Of a DNA stretch of 64,000 nt, positions 52,325-63,965 are shown piece after piece (within the stretch, counting starts at the first letter, position 1; each line of letters starts with the position of its first letter). The position numbers and the translations under genes are program-made. Where the stretch lies: contig OY763415.1 of assembly GCA_963667565.1 (NCBI GenBank), positions 224,001-288,000 of the forward strand, in the 5' to 3' direction. A model generated the notes under the pieces. That model was not told where the DNA came from. It saw only the letters and a program-made list of their open reading frames with translations, and made no database searches. This DNA comes from Acholeplasmataceae bacterium. GTDB lineage: Bacteria > Bacillota_I > Bacilli_A > Acholeplasmatales > Acholeplasmataceae.

Positions 52325-52825
52325 ATGAAGACATTTAAAGGAAAACCTATCACATTATTAGGAGAAGCTAAGAAGATTGGCGATGTAGCTCCTGAGTTTC
52401 ATGTGATTAATAACAAATTAGAAGAAGCAAAATTATCAGATTATAAATCTAGATATATCATTTTAAATGTTGTCCCTTCACTTGACACAACTGTCTGTGA
52501 TAGACAAACAAGAACAGTTAATAAAGAATTAACTGAAAGAGATGATGTGACAGTTTTAACAATTAGCAATGATTTACCATTTGCTCAAGCAAGATGGTGT
52601 GGTAATGCTGATTTGCCAAATGTGATTGCATTAAGTGATCATGTTGACTTAGATTTTGCAAACAAGTATGGAACAAACATTAAAGAATTGAGATTACAGG
52701 CAAGATCAATCTTCGTTTTAGATAAAGATAGAAAGATTATTTATCTAGAATATGTTGAAGAAATGTCAAATCATCTTAATTATGATCAATTGATTGAATT
52801 TGTCAAACAATTACCGAAAGACTAA
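52325..52825 (+). CDS. tpx: Thiol peroxidase
   Basis: VPSLDT.VC..QTR, S.DLPFAQ.RWC. Confidence 0.93.
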   Translation: MKTFKGKPITLLGEAKKIGDVAPEFHVINNKLEEAKLSDYKSRYIILNVVPSLDTTVCDRQTRTVNKELTERDDVTVLTISNDLPFAQARWCGNADLPNVIALSDHVDLDFANKYGTNIKELRLQARSIFVLDKDRKIIYLEYVEEMSNHLNYDQLIEFVKQLPKD

Positions 52826-52879
52826 CTTTCGGTTTTCTTTTTGATTATGTTATAATAAGTATAAGTTTGAGGTGATTAA

Positions 52880-53836
52880 ATGGGGTTATTTCAACGTTTG
52901 TTTTCTAAACAAAAAAAGAACGATAAATACCAATTAGGTTTACATAAAACTAAACAAAACTTTTCAACAATCAAAGCGATTTTAGATCAATCTAAACAAA
53001 TCGATGATGATCTTTTTGATGCATTAGAAGATATCTTTATTCAAGCAGATATAGGTGTTGATACTGTTGTTTACTTTATTGACAAACTAAGAAGTGATGT
53101 AAAAACTAAAGGCATAAGTGATCCTAAGATGTTAACAGAAATGATTGTTGACGGTCTTTTTGAGATTTATCTTCAAGGTGAGCTTGTCCAAACTGAATTA
53201 AAATATGATGACAATGAACTCAATGTTTATTTATTTGTTGGTGTCAATGGTGTAGGTAAAACAACTACCATTGGAAAACTTGCTGATCAACTAAAAAAGC
53301 AAGGTAAAAAAGTTATGTTGGTTGCTGCAGATACATTTAGAGCTGGCGCGATAGATCAACTTAAAGTATGGGGACAAAGAAGTGGATGCTATGTATTTTC
53401 TAAACCTGAAGGGTCTGACCCATCAAGTGTCATTTATGATGCATTAGAACTTGCAAAAAAAGAAGCATATGATGTTGTCTTATGTGATACTGCAGGTCGA
53501 TTACAAACAAAAGTGAATCTCATGAAAGAATTAGAGAAAATGCATCGTGTGATTCAAAAGACATGTCCCAATGCACCACAAGAAACATTATTAGTCATTG
53601 ATGCGACAACCGGACAAAATGGAATGAGACAAGCAGAAGTATTTAAAGAAGCTACTGATGTTACAGGTGTTATATTAACGAAGTTAGATGGTACTGCCAA
53701 AGGTGGTATTGTATTAGCTATTAGACATTTATATGGTGTACCTATTAAATATGTTGGTCTTGGAGAAAAGATTGAAGATTTAGTCTATTTTGATATTGAG
53801 CAATATATTTATGACTTATTTAGTGATTTCTTTTAA
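52880..53836 (+). CDS. ftsY: SRP receptor FtsY
   Basis: GVNGVGKTT, DTFRAGA, DTAGR, TKLDGTAKGG. Confidence 0.96.
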   Translation: MGLFQRLFSKQKKNDKYQLGLHKTKQNFSTIKAILDQSKQIDDDLFDALEDIFIQADIGVDTVVYFIDKLRSDVKTKGISDPKMLTEMIVDGLFEIYLQGELVQTELKYDDNELNVYLFVGVNGVGKTTTIGKLADQLKKQGKKVMLVAADTFRAGAIDQLKVWGQRSGCYVFSKPEGSDPSSVIYDALELAKKEAYDVVLCDTAGRLQTKVNLMKELEKMHRVIQKTCPNAPQETLLVIDATTGQNGMRQAEVFKEATDVTGVILTKLDGTAKGGIVLAIRHLYGVPIKYVGLGEKIEDLVYFDIEQYIYDLFSDFF

Positions 53837-53848
53837 AAAGGAGAAAAC

Positions 53849-54163
53849 ATGGAAACATTTGAAAAAAAAGAATATTTGAATCAACTCTTTGATAAATATC
53901 AATCTTTATTAACAGATAAGCAAATATCATATTTTACTTATTATTTTCATGATGATTATTCACTACAAGAAATCGCAGAAATTTATCAAGTCAGTCGAAA
54001 TGCAGTTTTTGATTTATTAAAAAAAGTTGAAAATCATTTGTTTGAATATGAAGAAAAACTTCATTTGCTTAAACTACAACAAGAAAGACAACAAGTGATC
54101 AATACAATTAAAGAAACAAAAGATTTAAGTTTATTAGATGAGATAGGAAAGTTGGATGAGTAA
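53849..54163 (+). CDS. ylxM: YlxM-family DNA-binding protein
   Basis: LLT.KQ......DDYSL.EIAE...VSR.AV; located between ftsY and ffh. Confidence 0.9.
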   Translation: METFEKKEYLNQLFDKYQSLLTDKQISYFTYYFHDDYSLQEIAEIYQVSRNAVFDLLKKVENHLFEYEEKLHLLKLQQERQQVINTIKETKDLSLLDEIGKLDE

Positions 54164-55566
54164 TGGCTGAAACAAGTTTAAGTTCACGTTTACAAATGGC
54201 AATGCGTCGTATGACAGGACGTGGATCATTAAATGAAAATGATATAGATGAAATGATGCGCGAAGTCAGACTATCGCTTCTTGAAGCCGATGTCAATTTT
54301 CGTGTTGTTAAAGAATTTATCGCTCATGTTAAAGAACAAGCAATAGGCGAAAAAATATTAAAAGGTTTAAATCCTGGGCAACAAGTCGTTAAAATTGTTC
54401 ATGAAGAATTAAAAAGAGTCATGGGTAATGAGGCAGAAGACCTTAAATTTAATTCATCAGGTATCACTTCAATTATGACCATAGGTCTTCAAGGATCTGG
54501 GAAAACAACTGCAATTGGGAAGTTAGCTGTATTTATTAGAAAAGCGCAAAACAAAAAAGTGCTTTTGATTGCTGCTGACGTTTATCGTCCAGCTGCGATT
54601 GAACAGTTAAAAACGATTGGTAAACAAATTGATGTTGAAGTTTATGAAGAAGGATTAATTGATGCAAGAAAAATCGTTAAAAACGGTTTAAAATATGCTA
54701 AAGAAAATGCATTTGATGTGGTCATCATCGATACAGCAGGACGTTTACACATCGACGAGAAGATGATGCAAGAGTTAGTTGATGTTAAAGCAATTGCTGA
54801 ACCTAAAGAAATCTTATTAACAGTAGATGCAATGACAGGGCAAGATGCAGCTAATATCGCAAAAAGTTTCCATGATCAATTACAAGCAACTGGAGCCATC
54901 TTAACTAAATTAGATGGTGATACAAGAGGTGGGGCTGCACTATCCATTAGAGAAGTCTCAGGTATACCAATCAAATTTTCATCATCTGGAGAAAAAATGG
55001 ATAGTTTTGAAGTATTCCATCCAGAGCGTATGGCATCTCGTATTTTAGGTATGGGAGATGTGCTTACTTTAATTGAGAAAGCAACTGATGCAATAGATGA
55101 AGATGAAGCACAAAACATGATGGAAAAAATGATGAATAATACGTTTAATTATAATGATTTTATGAAACAGTTTAAAATGATTAAACGTATGGGTTCAATG
55201 TCAAAAATATTAGGGTTTATTCCAGGTATGGGAAATTTAAAAAATGCAGCATCTCAAGTTGATGATAAACAGTTTGATAAGATGAGTGTCATCATTTTAT
55301 CGATGACAGAAGCTGAAAGAAAAAATCCTGAACTTATTGAGAAGTCTAGCAGACGCAGACAAAGAATCGCATCTGGATCAGGCGTGCAGGTAGCAGATGT
55401 AAATCGCTTAAGACAGGCATTTGAAACACAAACGAAAATGATGAGACAAATGTCAAATATGGATGAAAGACAGATGGAACAACTCTCTAAAAATCCAGCA
55501 CAAGCATTCCAACCAAAGACAAAAAAAGGCAAAGGAAAACACAAGGGTCAATTTAGGATTCGTTGA
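54163..55566 (+). CDS. ffh: Signal recognition particle protein
   Basis: GLQGSGKTT, DTAGR, RILGMGD, Met-rich M domain. Confidence 0.97.
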   Translation: MAETSLSSRLQMAMRRMTGRGSLNENDIDEMMREVRLSLLEADVNFRVVKEFIAHVKEQAIGEKILKGLNPGQQVVKIVHEELKRVMGNEAEDLKFNSSGITSIMTIGLQGSGKTTAIGKLAVFIRKAQNKKVLLIAADVYRPAAIEQLKTIGKQIDVEVYEEGLIDARKIVKNGLKYAKENAFDVVIIDTAGRLHIDEKMMQELVDVKAIAEPKEILLTVDAMTGQDAANIAKSFHDQLQATGAILTKLDGDTRGGAALSIREVSGIPIKFSSSGEKMDSFEVFHPERMASRILGMGDVLTLIEKATDAIDEDEAQNMMEKMMNNTFNYNDFMKQFKMIKRMGSMSKILGFIPGMGNLKNAASQVDDKQFDKMSVIILSMTEAERKNPELIEKSSRRRQRIASGSGVQVADVNRLRQAFETQTKMMRQMSNMDERQMEQLSKNPAQAFQPKTKKGKGKHKGQFRIR

Positions 55567-55581
55567 TCCTTTTTCATTAGG

Positions 55582-55604
55582 TTATCCACAATTATTGTGG
55601 ACAA
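55582..55604. promoter_or_regulatory. Inverted pair of DnaA boxes upstream of polA
   Basis: TTATCCACA (perfect), 5 bp, then TGTGGACAA (reverse complement TTGTCCACA, one mismatch). Confidence 0.65.
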
Positions 55605-55648
55605 GTTTGTTTATCATACATGATAAAATATAAAAAAGGAGACTCTAT

Positions 55649-58264
55649 ATGAAAAAAATTACATTAATTGATGGCAATTCAATCATGTTTAGAGCGTATT
55701 ACGCAACTGCATATCCAGGAGCAAAAATCATGCAATCGTCTAAAGGTGTTTATACGAATGCTTTATTTGCATTTGTGGGTATGTTTGAAAAAATCGTGAC
55801 AAATGAAACCACTGATGTGTTGGTTGCTTTTGATACAAAAGAACCAACTAAGCGTCATTTAAAATATGATCAATACAAAGCAGGTCGTGTTAAAATGCCT
55901 GAAGAACTTGGTCAACAAATACCCATGATTTATGAATATATTCAATTATCGGGTGTTAAATTATACTTTAAACCTGGATATGAAGCTGATGATATTATTG
56001 GAACGCTTGCTAAACAAGCAAGTAAAAAAGGATATCAAGTCGATATTTTTTCATCAGATCGAGATTTATTACAATTAGTCGATGATAACATTACTGTAAA
56101 TCTTCTCAAAAAAGGGATGCAAGAAGTTGAAAGTGTTACACCACAAAAGATGATTGAGAAGTATGAATTAACGCATCATCAGTTTGTTGATTTAAAAGCT
56201 TTGATGGGTGATGCATCTGATAATATTCCTGGTGTACCAGGCGTAGGTGAAAAAACAGGTATTAAGTTACTTCAAGAATATGAAACATTAGAAAATATTT
56301 ATGTTCATGCTGATGAAATTAAAGGAAAACTTGGCGAACGCATTAGAGAACATAAAGACTCAGCTTTTATGAGCCAAGATTTAGCAACCATTGATATTTG
56401 TGCAGATATTGAAATTGATGCTGATCATATTGTCAAACATGATCCTGATCAACAGGCACTCATCAAATTTTTTCAAAATTATGATCTTCATGTATTTGTT
56501 AAGAAAATGGATCAACCTGTGGTTATTGAATCATGGGATGCTATTGAAATCACAAATGATCAAGCATTAAAGAAAATATTGAAACCACAAATGGCACTTC
56601 ACTTTGAGTTTAGTGATTATAATTATCACAAAGCTGAATTGTGGGGGATAGGATTATCAGATGGTAAAAACCATTATTTCCTAGATCCATTATATGCATT
56701 AAGTTCAAGGGCATTTGATGATTATTTATTAGATCCTAATATGGAAAAGTTTGTCTATGATTATAAAGCCATTAAAGTGTTTTTAATGTGGCAATTAAAA
56801 GAGATTGAGCATGTTTCATTTGATTTATTGATTGCTGCATATTTAATTGATTCTCATCTTGGAAAAGAAGAATTCAAACGTATTGTTGCTGCATTTGATT
56901 ATGAAGATATGCAATATGATGAACAGGTTTATGGAAAAGGTGCTAAAAAAGGATTACCATTAAAAGAATTCTATTTAAAACATGTAGCATCTAAAGCAAA
57001 AGCAACTTATCTCTTAAGAGAAAAAATGATTCAAGATTTGAAATCACAAGAGCAATTAGATTTGTTTTTAAATATTGAACTACCATTATCTGAAGTACTT
57101 GCAGAAATGGAGTATGAAGGTCTACTCGTTGACCAAGATGAATTGGAAAAACAAGCTCTTGGTCTAGATCAAAGAATTATTGAAATTGAAAAAGCAATTA
57201 TTACTCATGCTGGTGAAAATTTTACCGTTTCCTCTCCAAAACAATTAGGAGAAATTCTTTTTGAAAAATTAGGATTGCCTAATGGAAAAAAAACAAAAAC
57301 AGGATATTCAACCAATGCAGAAGTTTTAAATGGATTAGTAGATAAACATCCAATTGTTCCACTTATTTTAGAATATCGACAACTTACAAAACTTAATTCG
57401 ACCTATATTGTTGGTATTAGACAAAATTTATTTGATGATGGCAAAGTTCATACCATTTATAATCAAGCACTTACGACAACTGGTAGACTATCATCACTTG
57501 ATCCTAATTTACAAAATATTCCTATTAGAACTTTAGAAGGAAGAGAAATCAGAAAACTCTTTATTCCTAAGGGTGATATGTATTTTCTTGGAGCTGACTA
57601 CTCACAAATTGAATTACGAGTATTAGCAGATGTTGCAAATGTCAAAAAATTAATCGAAGCATTTAATGCACATGAAGATATTCATACAAAAACAGCTCAA
57701 GCTATCTTTAATAAAGAAGAAGTAGATTCAGAAATGAGAAGAGCAGCAAAAGCTGTAAATTTTGGAATCATTTACGGTATCGGTGCTTGGAGCTTATCTG
57801 AAGATATCAAAGTGACACCAAAGGAAGCACAAAAATTTATTGATGAATATTTAAATCTATATCCTGAAATTAAAACATACATGGAAGATATTGTTAAGTT
57901 TGCTAAAGAACACGATTATGTCGAAACAATTATGCATCGTAGAAGATATATTCCTGAATTAAAATCATCTGTATTTATGCAAAGAGCATTTGGAGAGAGA
58001 ACTGCACTTAATGCCCCAATTCAAGGTAGTGCTGCAGATATCTTAAAGAAAGCCATGATTGATTTATATCATTATTTAAAAGCACATAAAAAACAAAGTA
58101 AGATTTTACTACAAGTTCACGATGAGCTCATCTTACAAGTACCAGAACATGAATTAGAAGAAATGAAAGTGCTCGTACCTAAAATGATGGCTGATGCAGT
58201 TTCCCTAAAAGTTAAATTGGAAACTTCATGTGATGTGGGTAAAAACTGGTTTGAACTGAAATAG
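55649..58264 (+). CDS. polA: DNA polymerase I
   Basis: 5'-3' exonuclease motifs (EADD, GDASDNIPG), DYSQIELR, KAVNFGIIYG, QVHDEL. Confidence 0.97.
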   Translation: MKKITLIDGNSIMFRAYYATAYPGAKIMQSSKGVYTNALFAFVGMFEKIVTNETTDVLVAFDTKEPTKRHLKYDQYKAGRVKMPEELGQQIPMIYEYIQLSGVKLYFKPGYEADDIIGTLAKQASKKGYQVDIFSSDRDLLQLVDDNITVNLLKKGMQEVESVTPQKMIEKYELTHHQFVDLKALMGDASDNIPGVPGVGEKTGIKLLQEYETLENIYVHADEIKGKLGERIREHKDSAFMSQDLATIDICADIEIDADHIVKHDPDQQALIKFFQNYDLHVFVKKMDQPVVIESWDAIEITNDQALKKILKPQMALHFEFSDYNYHKAELWGIGLSDGKNHYFLDPLYALSSRAFDDYLLDPNMEKFVYDYKAIKVFLMWQLKEIEHVSFDLLIAAYLIDSHLGKEEFKRIVAAFDYEDMQYDEQVYGKGAKKGLPLKEFYLKHVASKAKATYLLREKMIQDLKSQEQLDLFLNIELPLSEVLAEMEYEGLLVDQDELEKQALGLDQRIIEIEKAIITHAGENFTVSSPKQLGEILFEKLGLPNGKKTKTGYSTNAEVLNGLVDKHPIVPLILEYRQLTKLNSTYIVGIRQNLFDDGKVHTIYNQALTTTGRLSSLDPNLQNIPIRTLEGREIRKLFIPKGDMYFLGADYSQIELRVLADVANVKKLIEAFNAHEDIHTKTAQAIFNKEEVDSEMRRAAKAVNFGIIYGIGAWSLSEDIKVTPKEAQKFIDEYLNLYPEIKTYMEDIVKFAKEHDYVETIMHRRRYIPELKSSVFMQRAFGERTALNAPIQGSAADILKKAMIDLYHYLKAHKKQSKILLQVHDELILQVPEHELEEMKVLVPKMMADAVSLKVKLETSCDVGKNWFELK

Positions 58265-58271
58265 GTGACTT

Positions 58272-59081
58272 ATGCCGGAACTTCCAGAAGTAGAAACTGT
58301 TAGAAGAACACTAGAAAAATTGATATTAAATGAACCCATCTTAGATATCTCATATGATTATGAACCTATGATTAAAATGAATGCGAAAGATTTTGTAAAA
58401 AAAGTCAAAGGGCAAACCATTCATAGCATCGAACGTTATGGTAAATATCTAGTCTTTATTTTAGATGATGATGCGATGCTCATGCATATGAGAATGGAAG
58501 GAAAATTTTATATCAAGTCCTTTGATCAAGAAAAATCTGTTTATGAACATGTGATCTTTAGACTAAGTGATAAAGAATTAAGATATCACGATACCAGAAA
58601 ATTTGGAACTATCCATTTAGTATCGTTAAACAGCTATAAGAGCACATATCCACTTAAAGATTTAGGAAGTGAACCTAAAGATTTAGATCCACTTGTTTTA
58701 TATCAAAAGATTCATCATAGAACTACACCAATAAAGGTTAGTTTATTAGACCAACATATCATTTCTGGTCTAGGAAATATCTATGTTGATGAAACATTAT
58801 TTTTAAGTAAAATCAATCCCCAAAGACCCTCAAATAAAATCACTAAACAAGAAGCGAAATCTCTTGTTGAAAGTGCAACTAAGGTTTTAGATAAAGCCGT
58901 TTTACTAGGTGGGTCAACGATTAGATCTTATACATCATCGCTTGGGGTTCATGGACGATTTCAAAATGAACTTAACGTCCATACAAAAGTTGGTGAACCT
59001 TGTCCAATATGTGGACAAACCATTATAAAAACCAAAGTAGGAGGTAGAGGAACTTATGTCTGTCCAAGTTGTCAAAAATAA
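58272..59081 (+). CDS. mutM: Formamidopyrimidine-DNA glycosylase
   Basis: PELPEVET, GLGNIY.DE, C-terminal Zn finger. Confidence 0.96.
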   Translation: MPELPEVETVRRTLEKLILNEPILDISYDYEPMIKMNAKDFVKKVKGQTIHSIERYGKYLVFILDDDAMLMHMRMEGKFYIKSFDQEKSVYEHVIFRLSDKELRYHDTRKFGTIHLVSLNSYKSTYPLKDLGSEPKDLDPLVLYQKIHHRTTPIKVSLLDQHIISGLGNIYVDETLFLSKINPQRPSNKITKQEAKSLVESATKVLDKAVLLGGSTIRSYTSSLGVHGRFQNELNVHTKVGEPCPICGQTIIKTKVGGRGTYVCPSCQK

Positions 59082-59658
59082 AATGATTGGACTCACAGGT
59101 GGCATTGCATCAGGCAAATCCACTGTTTCTTCATACCTTCAAAAAAAAGGATTTCAAGTGATTGATTCTGACTTAATTGTTCATGAGTTATGGAAGACAA
59201 ATGAATCCATGAAAAATAAAGTCATCTCAACATTTGAATTAAATAAAGATGAAGATATTATTGAGTCACTTAAAACGTTTGTCTTTAAAGATAAAAAAGC
59301 ACTAGAACAATTAAATCAAATTGTTCATCCTTTTGTCTTTAACGCTATAGATGAAAAATTAAAAACGATGAAAGATGAAACTATTATCTTTATCGATATG
59401 CCACTATTATTTGAAGTGGGTTATCAAAGTGAAGTGGATGAAACATGGCTTGTTTATGTGCCTCAATCCATTCAGATAAAGCGTCTTATGAAAAGAGATC
59501 ATATGTCATTTGTAGAAGCAGTGGAACGTATTGGATTACAAATGGACATTGAACAAAAAAAGATGACAGCAGATCATATATTAGATAACAGAAAGAGTAT
59601 GCACCATCTACATCATCAAGTTGATGTGTTGCTTAAGGGGTATAAGCATGAAAAATAG
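59056..59658 (+). CDS. coaE: Dephospho-CoA kinase
   Basis: GLTGGIASGKST, PLLFE. Confidence 0.94.
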   Translation: MSVQVVKNKMIGLTGGIASGKSTVSSYLQKKGFQVIDSDLIVHELWKTNESMKNKVISTFELNKDEDIIESLKTFVFKDKKALEQLNQIVHPFVFNAIDEKLKTMKDETIIFIDMPLLFEVGYQSEVDETWLVYVPQSIQIKRLMKRDHMSFVEAVERIGLQMDIEQKKMTADHILDNRKSMHHLHHQVDVLLKGYKHEK

Positions 59659-60814
59659 TTCTACATTTGAATTACATATGCAATCAGATTTATCAACAAG
59701 CGATTTTAAAGTGCTTGCACTTTTATATCAACCACTATTAGGTATGCAATCCTATGCACTCTATACGACTTTTTATGAAATGTTGCATCAACCAAATGTC
59801 ATGACATATACGCATCAAATTTTATTTGATTTACTCAATTTGAAACAAACCGATTTTTTAAAAATGAGATATCAATTAGAAGCACTCAATTTAATGGAAT
59901 CATTTCAAAAAGATGATACATATATGTATTTACTAAAAGCACCACTTTCTGCAAAACAGTTTTTAACTGATACTGTATTTGGTAGTTATCTACAAAGTGA
60001 AATTGGTGAAAAGAATTTGAATTTATTAATTGAACTTTTCAAAAAAGAAGCACCTGATTTAAAGGTTTATCAAAACATAACAAAATCATTTGATGCCCTA
60101 TATGAGTTTAAACAACTCAATTTATTAAAAGTTGATCATGAACTTGAAGGTAGAGTTCAAAATTCAGGTTCACATATCGCTTCCAAATTTGATTTTAATG
60201 GATTTGTTGAAGCATTACCTGACCGCTTAAAAACATCAACATTATTATCGAAAAAACTAAGAGATACCATTGAGAAAATTGCATTTGTATATCAATTTGA
60301 TATAAGTGATATGGTAGAAATTTATCAAAAAGCAAGTCTGTCAAAACAAAATGTGAATTATCAAAGTTTAAACTTTAAAGCTAAACAACATTTTGAAGAA
60401 CATCATCAAGTGTTAACCATTAAGGAAAAATCAAATTCAGAAGTTGACTTAATTGAAAAAGCAACCCCTCATGATATCATTTCTAAATTTGCAAAAGTTG
60501 ATCAACAAGGTTTAGCATTGTCAACAGCTTTTCAACTTCTGGAGAGAAATCATGTTGAACCAGGTATCGTTAATGTCATCTTATTACTTGTTTTAAAACA
60601 TAAAGATGGTATACTACCTCATATCAATTATTTAGAAAAAGTATTGAACGACTGGTTAAATAAAGGGATTATGACAACTGAGGATGCGATTGTTTATGCG
60701 TCTAAATTAGAAGATGCCTATGAACGTAAACAAAAAGAAAAGACAGTTAACAAAGCAGCTGAACCTGACTGGATGGACGATTATGTTAAACGTATTGCAG
60801 AAATGGAGGATTAA
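59648..60814 (+). CDS. dnaB: Replication initiation / helicase-loader accessory DnaB (Bacillus type)
   Basis: LYQPLLG N-terminus, DnaD-like Y.EKV..DW...GI.T; located between coaE and dnaI. Confidence 0.85.
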   Translation: MKNSSTFELHMQSDLSTSDFKVLALLYQPLLGMQSYALYTTFYEMLHQPNVMTYTHQILFDLLNLKQTDFLKMRYQLEALNLMESFQKDDTYMYLLKAPLSAKQFLTDTVFGSYLQSEIGEKNLNLLIELFKKEAPDLKVYQNITKSFDALYEFKQLNLLKVDHELEGRVQNSGSHIASKFDFNGFVEALPDRLKTSTLLSKKLRDTIEKIAFVYQFDISDMVEIYQKASLSKQNVNYQSLNFKAKQHFEEHHQVLTIKEKSNSEVDLIEKATPHDIISKFAKVDQQGLALSTAFQLLERNHVEPGIVNVILLLVLKHKDGILPHINYLEKVLNDWLNKGIMTTEDAIVYASKLEDAYERKQKEKTVNKAAEPDWMDDYVKRIAEMED

Positions 60815-60816
60815 GT

Positions 60817-61629
60817 ATGAATTTATCTGAAATGCGAAAAGCGATTGAAAACTTTGAAGAAACTAAATCATTAGATATTTTAGATGTCGATATTAATAAA
60901 GTTTATCAATACATTGTTTCTAAGCAAGAAAATCCCATTATAGATGGTTATGAAATCATGCTTAAAACAGATCCATACATTGAAATCTACTATAGACCAA
61001 CTAAAGAAAAGGCAATTGAACTTAAAAAAATGCGTATGAGAGAACACTTGAAATTTTATGATAGTGAAGTCTATATCCAAGATGCATCACTTTCTGGATT
61101 TGATTGTTTCAATGAAGAGCGTGTAAGAGCTTTTGAAAAAGCTCAATACTTCCTTGATCATTATAGAACCAATCAATATGAACAAGGAATTTATATTCAT
61201 GGTTCATATGGAACAGGTAAATCTTATTTGTTATCTGCAATTGCACAAGAACTTGCCGATCGTGGCATTACTGTGTTATTCGTATATATGCCTGATTTAA
61301 CAAGAAGCTTAAAACAAGGTATGAACGAAGGTAATTTAGAAGAAAGAATTAATCGTTTAAAACAAGCAGATGTTTTAATGATGGATGATTTTGGTGGGGA
61401 AAATGTGAGTGCATGGTTTAGAGATGAAATCTTAATTCCAGTATTACAATATAGATTATCTGCTAAACTTCCTGTATTTATGTCAAGTAATTATACACAT
61501 TTACAAATTCTTGATATGATGACATTGACTAAGGATGAAGCAGGAAGAAGTAAAGCAGGAAGACTCGTTCAACGACTAAAAGACTTAATGGTGTATATTA
61601 AGTTATCAGAAACACCATTTAAACAATAG
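60817..61629 (+). CDS. dnaI: Primosomal helicase loader DnaI
   Basis: GSYGTGKS, DDFGGE..S.W.RDEIL..LQYR, SSN. Confidence 0.9.
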   Translation: MNLSEMRKAIENFEETKSLDILDVDINKVYQYIVSKQENPIIDGYEIMLKTDPYIEIYYRPTKEKAIELKKMRMREHLKFYDSEVYIQDASLSGFDCFNEERVRAFEKAQYFLDHYRTNQYEQGIYIHGSYGTGKSYLLSAIAQELADRGITVLFVYMPDLTRSLKQGMNEGNLEERINRLKQADVLMMDDFGGENVSAWFRDEILIPVLQYRLSAKLPVFMSSNYTHLQILDMMTLTKDEAGRSKAGRLVQRLKDLMVYIKLSETPFKQ

Positions 61630-61671
61630 TATACTATTGTATTTTATGAAATTGGTGTTATAATATTTAAT

Positions 61672-61877
61672 GAAAACGATGAAGAGGACAACAAGTCATC
61701 ACAAGAAGCGACGTAGGATGGTGTAAGCTACGATAGATGATTTTACTCCCTTGGAGTTCGCTATGAAAACATAGTGCGTATGCTTGCGTTAAAAGCTTAA
61801 GAGGGCTAGTATTTTACTAGAACTAAGGTGGTACCGCGATGATTCGTCCTTAGAGAAATCTTTGGACGATTTTTTTT
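61672..61877 (+). promoter_or_regulatory. T-box riboswitch leader of thrS
   Basis: T-box AAGGTGGTACCGCG at 61825-61838; terminator TCGTCC...GGACGA followed by a T run; 5' boundary approximate. Confidence 0.88.
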
Positions 61878-61897
61878 ATAAAAAAAGGAGATGAAAA

Positions 61898-63820
61898 ATG
61901 ATGATTAATATTATTTTTCCAGACGGAAGTCAAAAACAATTTAACAAGAATATTACACCACTTGAGATTGCTGAATCAATTTCAGTTAGTCTAGCAAAAA
62001 AAGCAGTTGCTGCAATTTTTGATGATCAGTATGTAGAACTAAATAGACCACTTGTAGGAGATGGGTCTTTAGCCATTTTAACAAAACAAGATCCTAGAGC
62101 ATTAAATGTCATAAGACACTCAACGGCACACTTAATGGCACAAGCAATCACTAAATTATACCCAGGTGCTTGTTTTGGTGTGGGTCCATATATAGACGAA
62201 GGATTTTACTATGATGTCGATTTTGGTGATGTCAAAGTCAGTGATGAAGATTTAGCTAAAATTGAAAAAGAAATGAAGAAATTAGCTGAGCAATCTTTCG
62301 ATATTAAACGTGAAGAAGTATCTTATGAAGAAGCTAAAGATATTTTTAAACAAGATCCTTATAAATTAGAAATCATTGAAGATTATAAAAATGATCAACT
62401 ATCTGTTTATAGACAAGGTGATTTTGTTGACCTATGCCGTGGTGGTCATGTCCTTAACACTAAAGAGATTAAACATTTTAAATTATTAAGTCTTGCAGGT
62501 GCATATTGGCGTGGTAATTCAAATAACAAAATGCTCCAACGTATTTATGGAACAAGTTTCTTTGGTCAAAAAGAATTAGATGATTATTTAAAACTATTAG
62601 AAGAACGTAAAGAAAGAGATCATCGTAAATTAGGTAAAGAACTTGGTTTATTTTTCACTTCTAAAGAAGGTGGACAAGGATTACCTTTCTGGTTACCAAA
62701 AGGTGCAACCATTCGTCGTGTCATTGAAAGATATATTACGGATAAAGAAATCAGTTTAGGTTATCTTCATGTATATACACCTATTTTAGGAAGTAAAGAT
62801 TTATATGTTACATCAGGACACTGGGATCATTATCAAGATTCTATGTTCCCACCTATGGACATGGGTGATGGTGAAATGTTAGTCCTTCGACCAATGAACT
62901 GTCCTCATCATATGCTTATCTACAAAAATGACGTGCATAGCTATAAAGAATTACCAATTCGAATTGCTGAATTAGGTATGATGCATCGTTATGAAAAATC
63001 AGGTGCACTCTCTGGACTTCAAAGAGTGAGAGAAATGACTTTAAATGATGCACATATTTTCGTTAAACCTGATCAAATTAAAGATGAATTCAAACGTACA
63101 GTTGCCCTAATGCTTGCAGTGTATGAAGATTTTAATATTACTGATTTTGCGTTTAGACTAAGCTATCGTGATAAAGAGGATAAAGAAAAGTATTTCCCAA
63201 ATGACAACATGTGGAATAAGGCTGAAAAAATGCTTAAAGAAGCGATGGATGAACTAGGAATGCCTTACTTTGAAGCAATTGGAGAAGCTGCATTCTATGG
63301 ACCTAAATTAGATGTTCAAGTCAAAACAGCACTAGGAAATGCAGAGACATTATCAACGATTCAATTAGACTTTTTATTACCTGAACGTTTTGAGTTAACT
63401 TATGTGGGTGAAGATGGTAAAAATGACCATCGTCCTGTTGTTATACATAGAGGTATCGTATCAACAATGGAACGTTTTGTTGCATACTTAACTGAAGAAT
63501 ACAAAGGTGTATTCCCATTTTGGTTAGCACCTACTCAACTTAGAATACTTCCTGTTCATAATGAGTATCATCAAGAATATGCACAAGAAGTATATCAAAA
63601 CCTTTTAAAACAAGGATACAGGGTTGAAGTTGATTTTAGAGAAGAAAAATTAGGTTATAAGATTAGAGAAGTTCAAAGTCAAAAGATTCCTTATTCACTC
63701 GTTTTAGGTGATAAAGAAAAAGAAGAAGGACTTGTCACATATCGCGCTTATGGATCAAGTGAACAAATCACAGTGCCTTTTAAAACATTTGTTGAATTGA
63801 TTGAAAAACAAAGAAAATAA
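61898..63820 (+). CDS. thrS: Threonine--tRNA ligase
   Basis: TGS domain, [28 protein letters not shown]. Confidence 0.97.
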   Translation: MMINIIFPDGSQKQFNKNITPLEIAESISVSLAKKAVAAIFDDQYVELNRPLVGDGSLAILTKQDPRALNVIRHSTAHLMAQAITKLYPGACFGVGPYIDEGFYYDVDFGDVKVSDEDLAKIEKEMKKLAEQSFDIKREEVSYEEAKDIFKQDPYKLEIIEDYKNDQLSVYRQGDFVDLCRGGHVLNTKEIKHFKLLSLAGAYWRGNSNNKMLQRIYGTSFFGQKELDDYLKLLEERKERDHRKLGKELGLFFTSKEGGQGLPFWLPKGATIRRVIERYITDKEISLGYLHVYTPILGSKDLYVTSGHWDHYQDSMFPPMDMGDGEMLVLRPMNCPHHMLIYKNDVHSYKELPIRIAELGMMHRYEKSGALSGLQRVREMTLNDAHIFVKPDQIKDEFKRTVALMLAVYEDFNITDFAFRLSYRDKEDKEKYFPNDNMWNKAEKMLKEAMDELGMPYFEAIGEAAFYGPKLDVQVKTALGNAETLSTIQLDFLLPERFELTYVGEDGKNDHRPVVIHRGIVSTMERFVAYLTEEYKGVFPFWLAPTQLRILPVHNEYHQEYAQEVYQNLLKQGYRVEVDFREEKLGYKIREVQSQKIPYSLVLGDKEKEEGLVTYRAYGSSEQITVPFKTFVELIEKQRK

Positions 63821-63938
63821 TTTATAATAATAATGTTGAATAATTAATAATAATATGATATAATAGAGTTGAAATTTGAACAAGATAAGTGATTAAAAAA
63901 TCGTATTAAAGGCGATCAAACAGATAAAATTTTAACAC

Positions 63939-63965
63939 AAAAGCCCTTAATAAAGGGCTTTTCTT
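63939..63965 (+). terminator. Terminator-like hairpin upstream of the next gene, which is cut by the window edge
   Basis: AAAAGCCCTT-AATA-AAGGGCTTTT. Confidence 0.7.
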
